Assembly (NCBI GenBank): GCA_017457155.1
Contig: JAFTHZ010000004.1
Coordinates: forward strand, 7,798 to 71,797
Origin: Ruminococcus sp.
GTDB taxonomy: Bacteria; Bacillota; Clostridia; Oscillospirales; Acutalibacteraceae
Direction: 5' to 3'
DNA length: 64,000 nt
Within the stretch, counting starts at the first letter, position 1; the number at the start of each line of letters is the position of its first letter. Positions 58,470 to 64,000 of the stretch are shown here, piece by piece. The notes under the pieces were generated by a model. It did no database searches and was not told where the DNA came from. It was given only the letters and a program-made list of their open reading frames with translations. The position numbers were made by a program, and so were the translations under genes.

Positions 58470-59234
58470 TTAGTTGTTTTTTTCGTAAATAATGCGCAAA
58501 CCTTGCAGCATCAGGTCATCACGAAGGATGATGTCATGAGTGCAACTGGGAATTATCTCTGCGGCGATACCGCCTGTGGCGATGACGGTGCATTCTTCTC
58601 CGATCTCCTTGTTGATCCGGTCGATCATTCCGTCAATCATGCAGGCATTGCCCAGGACCACGCCTGAGCGGATACACTCGTCGGTGTTTCTGCCGATGGC
58701 CTTTGAGGGGGCTTCCATGGCAACAGAGGGCAACAGGGCTGTTTTGTCAGAAAGTGCCAGCATAGAGATGCTCACACCGGGAGAGATTGCTCCTCCTATC
58801 ATTGCCCCTGACTTATCCAGAACGATAATGGTGGTTGCTGTACCCATACTGATAACGATGGAGGGAGAACCATAAAGATGAAGTGCCGCAACACATCCTG
58901 TCACCAGGTCCGCACCTGTAGAAGAGGGATTGTCGATTTTGATGTTGAGGCCTGTTTTGATTCCCGGACCAACTACCAGAGGGTCGATGCCTACGGTGGT
59001 CTTCACAGCAGCCTTGACTGTGCGCAGGACCTGAGGCACAACGCTTGATATAATACATCCGTGAATGTCACTTGTGCTGTATCCGTAAACTCCGAAGACC
59101 GCGTGGATCTCTCCGGCAAACTCGTCGGAGGTCTTGGTTCTGTCGGTGGAGACACGGGCCAGCATTACAAGCTCCTTGTCTTTGAATAAGCCGAATTTAA
59201 TATTGGTATTGCCTATATCTATTACCAAAAGCAT
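58470..59234 (-). CDS. coaX: Type III pantothenate kinase
   Basis: DIGNTN, ISSVVP, GAD, MGTATT, GGAI.PG, ATGG. Confidence 0.93.
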   Translation of the reverse strand: MLLVIDIGNTNIKFGLFKDKELVMLARVSTDRTKTSDEFAGEIHAVFGVYGYSTSDIHGCIISSVVPQVLRTVKAAVKTTVGIDPLVVGPGIKTGLNIKIDNPSSTGADLVTGCVAALHLYGSPSIVISMGTATTIIVLDKSGAMIGGAISPGVSISMLALSDKTALLPSVAMEAPSKAIGRNTDECIRSGVVLGNACMIDGMIDRINKEIGEECTVIATGGIAAEIIPSCTHDIILRDDLMLQGLRIIYEKNN

Positions 59235-59250
59235 AAATATCACCATTTAT

Positions 59251-59279
59251 ATTATATGAGAAATTTTGGCAGATTGCAA
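59251..59279 (-). promoter_or_regulatory. Putative SigA promoter of coaX
   Basis: Minus-strand TTGCAA-17 nt-TATAAT. Confidence 0.6.
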
Positions 59280-59447
59280 TTGGATAAAACTTATTATGTG
59301 ATGATATTTACGAAGTTAAGGGGTTGGTTTTTGTTCAAATTTACAAAAAAGAAAAAATCGCCGTCTTTTTTTCATAAAGTAAATATACATCTCTTGTGGT
59401 GTGATAATATAGTATCGTAATTAGCTTTATATAAAGGGGTAGTTGCT

Positions 59448-60296
59448 ATGAATAACACTGAAAAGCGTCAGCTCAAAGCTCTTGCTGCCAAAGCAAGACT
59501 GGGAGCTATCATCGGCACATTCAATGCCAAGTCAGGTCATCCCGGCGGATCACTGTCTGCTGCAGATATTATGACCTACCTTTACTTCAAAGAGATGAAC
59601 GTGGATCCCGCAAATCCCAAGATGGCAGACAGGGATCGATTTGTATTATCAAAGGGCCATTGCTGTCCCAGCCTCTATGCTGTGCTGGCAATGAAAGGCT
59701 TCTTCGATTGGGAGGAGCTCACTCGCCTTCGTCATGTAGGCGCAATGCTTCAGGGTCATCCTGATATGAAGGGTACTCCCGGAATCGATATGAGCACAGG
59801 CTCGCTGGGTCAGGGTGTATCTACTGCTTGCGGCATGGCTCTGGCTGCAAAGTACGACAACAAGGACTATCGTGTATATACAATCCTCGGCGACGGCGAG
59901 TGCGAGGAGGGTCAGGTATGGGAGTCTGCTATGTTTGCAGCTCACAACAAGCTTGATAACCTGACTGTTATAGTTGACCAGAACGGCCTGCAGATCGATG
60001 GACCTGTGTGTGAGGTCTGCGGCATCGAGCCTCTGGACAAGAAGTTCGAGAGCTTTGGCTTCCATGTTATTAAGATCAACGGACATTGCTTTGACGAGAT
60101 CGAGGCGGCATTCGAGGAGGCAAAGACCATCAAGGGTCAGCCTACCGCTATCCTTGCAAAGACCGTCAAGGGCAAGGGTGTTTCCTTCATGGAGAACCAG
60201 GTCGACTGGCATGGCAAGGGTCCCAACAAGGACGAGTATGAGAAGGCCTGTGCAGAGCTTCAGGCTACTATCGCAGAACTGGAGGTTGAGTGCTGA
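59448..60296 (+). CDS. Transketolase, N-terminal (TPP-binding) subunit
   Basis: SGHPGGSLS, DRFVLSKGH, STGSLGQG, GDGECEEG, KGKG, WHG. Confidence 0.93.
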   Translation: MNNTEKRQLKALAAKARLGAIIGTFNAKSGHPGGSLSAADIMTYLYFKEMNVDPANPKMADRDRFVLSKGHCCPSLYAVLAMKGFFDWEELTRLRHVGAMLQGHPDMKGTPGIDMSTGSLGQGVSTACGMALAAKYDNKDYRVYTILGDGECEEGQVWESAMFAAHNKLDNLTVIVDQNGLQIDGPVCEVCGIEPLDKKFESFGFHVIKINGHCFDEIEAAFEEAKTIKGQPTAILAKTVKGKGVSFMENQVDWHGKGPNKDEYEKACAELQATIAELEVEC

Positions 60297-61243
60297 TGGC
60301 TGATATTGTAACAAAGGCAACCAGAGAGAGCTTCGGTGAGGCTCTGTGTGAGCTTGCAAAGGATAACGAGAATATTATTGTTCTGGACGCTGACCTGGCA
60401 GGTGCAACAAAGACTTCCATCTTCCAGAAGGCATACCCCGACAGATTCTTTGACTGCGGAATCGCAGAAGGAAATATGATGTGTATTGCAGCAGGTCTTG
60501 CATCCTGCGGCAAAGTTCCCGTGGCAGCATCTTTCGCTATGTTTGCTACAGGCAGAGCATACGAGCAAATCAGAAACTCTATCGGCTATCCCCATCTGAA
60601 TGTTAAGATTGCAGGTAGCCACGCAGGTATCTCTACAGGTGAGGACGGTGCAACACACCAGTGTCTGGAGGATGTGGCTCTGATGCGCACAATCCCCGGC
60701 ATGACTGTTCTGTGTCCTGCTGATCACTACGAGATGAAGGCTGCCACCAAGGCTGCTATTGAGCTGGATGGTCCTGTCTACATTCGTCTGGGCAGACTTG
60801 CTATCGACAGCTTCAACGATCCCGATAACTACGAGTTTGAGCTTGGCAAGGGTATCACTCTCCACGAGGGCAGCGATATCACTGTTATTGCAACAGGTCT
60901 TGTTGTTAACGAGGCAAGAAAGGCTTGTGAGGAGCTGGAGAAGGAGGGCATCTCTGCTCGTCTTATCAACATCCACACCATCAAGCCCATCGACCGCGAG
61001 ATCATTCTCAAGGCTGCAAAGGAGACAGGCAGAATCATCACCGTAGAAGAGCACAACGTTATCGGTGGTCTTGGTGATGCTGTATGTGATGTTATCACAT
61101 CCGAGTATCCTGTACCTGTTCGCAAGGTTGGCGTTTATGACCGTTACGGATATTCAGGTCCCGCTTGGGAGCTGCTGGAGAAGTTTGGCCTCACAAAGGA
61201 CGGCATCGCTGATGTTATCCGTGAGGAGATTGCAAAAAAGTAA
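60296..61243 (+). CDS. Transketolase, C-terminal subunit
   Basis: ATRESFG, DADL, GIAE, RAYEQIR, GEDGATHQ, EEH; ATG overlaps the upstream TGA. Confidence 0.93.
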   Translation: MADIVTKATRESFGEALCELAKDNENIIVLDADLAGATKTSIFQKAYPDRFFDCGIAEGNMMCIAAGLASCGKVPVAASFAMFATGRAYEQIRNSIGYPHLNVKIAGSHAGISTGEDGATHQCLEDVALMRTIPGMTVLCPADHYEMKAATKAAIELDGPVYIRLGRLAIDSFNDPDNYEFELGKGITLHEGSDITVIATGLVVNEARKACEELEKEGISARLINIHTIKPIDREIILKAAKETGRIITVEEHNVIGGLGDAVCDVITSEYPVPVRKVGVYDRYGYSGPAWELLEKFGLTKDGIADVIREEIAKK

Positions 61244-61269
61244 TTTCTCGAAAAAATACAATAAGTCTT

Positions 61270-61303
61270 ATCCTCCGACGGAAATGTCTGTCGGAGGATT
61301 TTT
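61270..61303 (+). terminator. Rho-independent terminator
   Basis: ATCCTCCGAC...GTCGGAGGAT followed by TTTT. Confidence 0.8.
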
Positions 61304-61356
61304 GTTTATCTGCTTGTCCTGTGCATATACTAATCCTGAGAAATGGAGGTATATGT

Positions 61357-61683
61357 ATGATAGAAATATGCACTGAAAACTTTGAGGATGAGATTATCCG
61401 AAGTCAGGGGATGGTGCTCCTTGAGTTCACGGCACAATGGTGCGGAGTGTGCAGGAGTGTTGAGCGGCTGGTAGATACCGTGGGACACGAGATCCCCGAT
61501 GTGAAGTTCTGTTTTGCGGATGTGGACAAGAATCCCGAGCTTGCCCGCAAATTCTCTGTCAGAGGGGTGCCTACCTTCATAGTGTTTGATGAGGGGGAGC
61601 TTCGCTCCCGAAAGGCAGGTGCCCTGACCAAAAGGGACCTGTACGAAATGCTGGGCAGAAAGCCCCACGGTATAAGGGTATAA
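61357..61683 (+). CDS. Thioredoxin family protein
   Basis: FTAQWCGVC active site and VRGVPT; GGAGG RBS. Confidence 0.88.
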   Translation: MIEICTENFEDEIIRSQGMVLLEFTAQWCGVCRSVERLVDTVGHEIPDVKFCFADVDKNPELARKFSVRGVPTFIVFDEGELRSRKAGALTKRDLYEMLGRKPHGIRV

Positions 61684-61686
61684 AAT

Positions 61687-61727
61687 ATCAAAAAAGACGG
61701 CGGATATGTTCCGTCGCCTTTTTTGAT
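61687..61727. terminator. Bidirectional terminator
   Basis: ATCAAAAAAGACGGCGGA-tatgt-TCCGTCGCCTTTTTTGAT. Confidence 0.8.
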
Positions 61728-61733
61728 GTGTGT

Positions 61734-62813
61734 TTATTTTGCAAGGAGCTCTTTGTACAGCTTATCTGTATCAGAGGGGGTCTTTGCGTTGATGACCAGC
61801 ACCTTCTCGTCAATAGTGAGAACCACTACACAGTCGCAGTCTGTGTAGGAATAGAGTGTGTAGTTGCCGAACTCATCATTACTGAAGCTTCCTGCCATCA
61901 GTCTGGGAGATCCCAGGCCTGCAGTTCGTGTGCCTCTGTCAAAATGATCTCTGTATTCTATGGAGTCTATGGCCTCGTATTCGACTGTCAGGCTGCTCCA
62001 GTAGGTTGCATCAACAGTGAAGGAATCTTCTGCCATCTCTACGTAGACGTTGCCGGTAAACGTCATTATTACACAGAAGGCAAGTATCAGGGCAACTGCC
62101 ACCAGAGAGATGATGACTGCTGTTTTGTTGTAATGGTTGTCAGGAGAATCGGATACTGTGTAGGTGCCATTTTTCATCTGATTTTTGTAGTAGAGGTAGG
62201 AGTAAAGCGTGGGGATGAGCACCATGACAAGGATAAGCACGAGCGCTGTGGGAATGAGGATTTTGTCGGGAAGCAGAGCACAGGGCAGCATCAGTAGTCC
62301 GCCCAAAAACCATACCTTGCCTGAAATGCGATGAGTAGCGTTCCAGTTTTCTTCGTTCTCCAGAGTCCACTTTAGTTTGATTCCAATGGTTTTGTTCTGT
62401 TTGCATTTGGGCAGGTAGTTTCCGATTATCATAAAAACAAGACCCATCACAAGAGGCATAATGCACATCAGGTTCAGGCCTGTGTTCATAGAGGCAGCGT
62501 ATATAATTCCACTGACAATACAGGACAGTACAGGTACAATCCAGATTACTATGTCAAATATCTTTTGATTCTGATTTCTGTTTTTGTTATCCTTCGCTGT
62601 GACGAGAATGCATATCCAGTAGAGTGCCAGAAGTATAAGCGGGATAATAAAAACAGCAAAAAGCTTTGAACTCTGACCATTGGCGGTACCGTCTGCGCCC
62701 CAGTGAGTTGCAAGGGTTGCAGGCAGTTTGTCCCACAGGATAAGCCCTGCGGGGATAGGTAGCAAGGTGACAAGTGTGCCAAGTATAAGTTTCCATTTGT
62801 TATTTCTGATCAT
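61734..62813 (-). CDS. SdpI-family immunity protein (DUF1648 + SdpI) with a C-terminal bacterial PH-like domain
   Basis: LP..LATHWG..G.ANG; GNYLPK..N..IGIK..WTL.NE.NW..TH; C-terminal RTAG.G.....GSF.N.EFG.Y.LY. Confidence 0.8.
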   Translation of the reverse strand: MIRNNKWKLILGTLVTLLPIPAGLILWDKLPATLATHWGADGTANGQSSKLFAVFIIPLILLALYWICILVTAKDNKNRNQNQKIFDIVIWIVPVLSCIVSGIIYAASMNTGLNLMCIMPLVMGLVFMIIGNYLPKCKQNKTIGIKLKWTLENEENWNATHRISGKVWFLGGLLMLPCALLPDKILIPTALVLILVMVLIPTLYSYLYYKNQMKNGTYTVSDSPDNHYNKTAVIISLVAVALILAFCVIMTFTGNVYVEMAEDSFTVDATYWSSLTVEYEAIDSIEYRDHFDRGTRTAGLGSPRLMAGSFSNDEFGNYTLYSYTDCDCVVVLTIDEKVLVINAKTPSDTDKLYKELLAK

Positions 62814-63081
62814 TATCGGGGTCTCCTTTCAGGCTTGCCATCCACAGCATAGCCTCCTCCAGAACGGAGGTGTTGATTTCGTAGAATATGTATTTTCCCT
62901 GACGGTTGTCTCGGATAAGGTCTGCGTCCTTCAGGACAGACAGATGGCGGGAGATGGATGCTCCCGTAACAGGAAACCTCTCTGTGATCTCTCCTGCAGA
63001 GAGGCTGCCTTTTCGGAGCATACTCAGAATCTCACGACGTATAGGGTCCGACAGGGCCTTGAGGGTTTGTTGAAGTCCCAT
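62800..63081 (-). CDS. sdpR: ArsR-family autorepressor, SdpR-like
   Basis: KALSDPIRREIL..L..G.LSAGEI...F..TGASISRHLSVLK.ADL....R.GK.IFYE.NTSV; overlaps the sdpI-like gene. Confidence 0.8.
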   Translation of the reverse strand: MGLQQTLKALSDPIRREILSMLRKGSLSAGEITERFPVTGASISRHLSVLKDADLIRDNRQGKYIFYEINTSVLEEAMLWMASLKGDPDNDQK

Positions 63082-63096
63082 TTTTCATTCCTCCTT

Positions 63097-63125
63097 CGTT
63101 TAACATTTAGCCTAAATGTTAAACG
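63097..63125. promoter_or_regulatory. Perfect palindromic operator (putative SdpR site)
   Basis: CGTTTAACATTTAG-C-CTAAATGTTAAACG (14-1-14) between the -10 element and the RBS. Confidence 0.8.
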
Positions 63126-63126
63126 T

Positions 63127-63155
63127 ATTGTAGCACGGAGAAATTCCATTGTCAA
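63127..63155 (-). promoter_or_regulatory. SigA promoter of sdpRI
   Basis: Minus-strand TTGACA-17 nt-TACAAT with extended TG. Confidence 0.75.
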
Positions 63156-63164
63156 GACTTTTTC

Positions 63165-63201
63165 AAAAAAATTCAGCCGCCTGATTTGTTCAGACGGCTG
63201 A
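63165..63201 (-). terminator. Terminator after the FkbM gene
   Basis: Minus-strand TCAGCCGTCTG..CAGGCGGCTGA followed by a T-run. Confidence 0.7.
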
Positions 63202-63216
63202 GTATCATATATTTGA

Positions 63217-64000
63217 TTATACACAGTAGAGGTTTGTATCCCAACAGGGGATGTAGGGATGGTGTCGCAGATGAATACGATATTGGGGATTCAGCCTGTG
63301 TATGAGCGGGATAAGTTCTGCCAGGTCACAGGTGCGGTGATAGGCAGCGATGCTGAGCTTAGGCTTTTGGTCATTGAGGAGTTTGCTCATTCCGAGCAAA
63401 GCCTCTTTCTCTACACCCTCCACATCCATTTTCACATAGGTTATTCTTTTTCTCTCAGTAATGCTGTCTGCGGATACAGCTCTGACGTTGTCTTTTCCTT
63501 CGCTATTGAGGGCGCTCTGGCGGCCACCTCCACCGCTGAAGGAAAGCTCCTTGATCTCGCTCCATACAGCATAGGGTAGAGGAGTTACACAGGGGAAGTT
63601 TTTTGCGAAGGTGCAGAGTTTCTCAAAGGTCTTTTTGTCAGGCTCCAGGGCTATTGCTGAGGAGATCCCTCCGAAGAGAGAGATCACCTCCTTGATGGTG
63701 TCTCCCCGATAGGCTCCCAGGTCCAGCATATCTTCTTTGTCTGTAAGACACAGGATATCCCGCAGGGCAGCTTCTCTTTGGCTTTCTATAGAGAAAAGAT
63801 AGGAAAGCTCACCTGTGAACTGAAATCTTATCATGTTGTCAAATACTCTTTTTGATTCCTCGTCACAGAGCAGACTGCGGGATTCTTCCAGGGTGCTGAG
63901 GTGTTCTTCCAGATATTGGCGATTAAAAATCTCATCTCCGAATACAGGGACCACAGGTACCAGTACATGGTGACGCAGAGACAGTTCTCTTATGCTTTCC
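63217..64000 (-). CDS. FkbM-family methyltransferase (5' truncated by window edge)
   Basis: LDLGAYRGDT, LEPD, VKMDVEG.E, KPKL.IAAYH; frame open to the window end. Confidence 0.85.
   Translation of the reverse strand, partial: ESIRELSLRHHVLVPVVPVFGDEIFNRQYLEEHLSTLEESRSLLCDEESKRVFDNMIRFQFTGELSYLFSIESQREAALRDILCLTDKEDMLDLGAYRGDTIKEVISLFGGISSAIALEPDKKTFEKLCTFAKNFPCVTPLPYAVWSEIKELSFSGGGGRQSALNSEGKDNVRAVSADSITERKRITYVKMDVEGVEKEALLGMSKLLNDQKPKLSIAAYHRTCDLAELIPLIHRLNPQYRIHLRHHPYIPCWDTNLYCV

Noticed and set aside
1-64000. CRISPR arrays, tRNA/rRNA genes, IS elements, phase-variable homopolymer tracts
   Set aside because: Intergenic gaps are short and hold no regularly spaced repeats, cloverleaf motifs or transposase ORFs that I could see; A/T runs are short and all glycan ORFs appear intact.

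Overview
About 50% GC chromosomal window from a Clostridia-like Firmicute (Oscillospirales/Ruminococcus-like, inferred from gene content and SigA promoters/RBS; not verified). Positions 0.6-41 kb form a large surface-polysaccharide region. Two convergent Wzx/Wzy operons (cluster A, + strand, 604-11829; cluster B, - strand, 38676-11873) meet at a shared terminator, and a divergent capD/pglF-glmS unit likely supplies precursors. Cluster A starts with an unusual three-domain fusion: CapM-type phosphoglycosyltransferase + GT4 + HpcH/HpaI-type aldolase. Cluster B has an exceptional density of non-sugar tailoring enzymes: three ATP-grasp ligases (Ddl-like, TupA-like, carbamoyl-phosphate-synthase-like), a CapK-type adenylate-forming enzyme, an opine dehydrogenase, a D-2-hydroxyacid dehydrogenase, a D-cysteine desulfhydrase-like PLP enzyme, a CapA-family protein, a pyruvyl transferase and two sugar aminotransferases. 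It has rmlA/C/B but no rmlD and no acetyltransferase. This points to uncharacterised branched-chain and amino-acid/opine-decorated glycans (inference). The rest is mostly housekeeping: FHA-RodA + PBP, secA, gltX-glnS, a ymfI-like SDR, coaX-panT-birA with a pan-motif-like hairpin, split transketolase, thioredoxin, sdpRI with a perfect palindromic operator, and a partial FkbM methyltransferase. There is also a small AT-rich islet between secA and gltX and an orphan cohesin-like membrane protein. No rRNA, tRNA, CRISPR array, integrase or transposase was recognised. All assignments come from visual motif recognition, not database searches.
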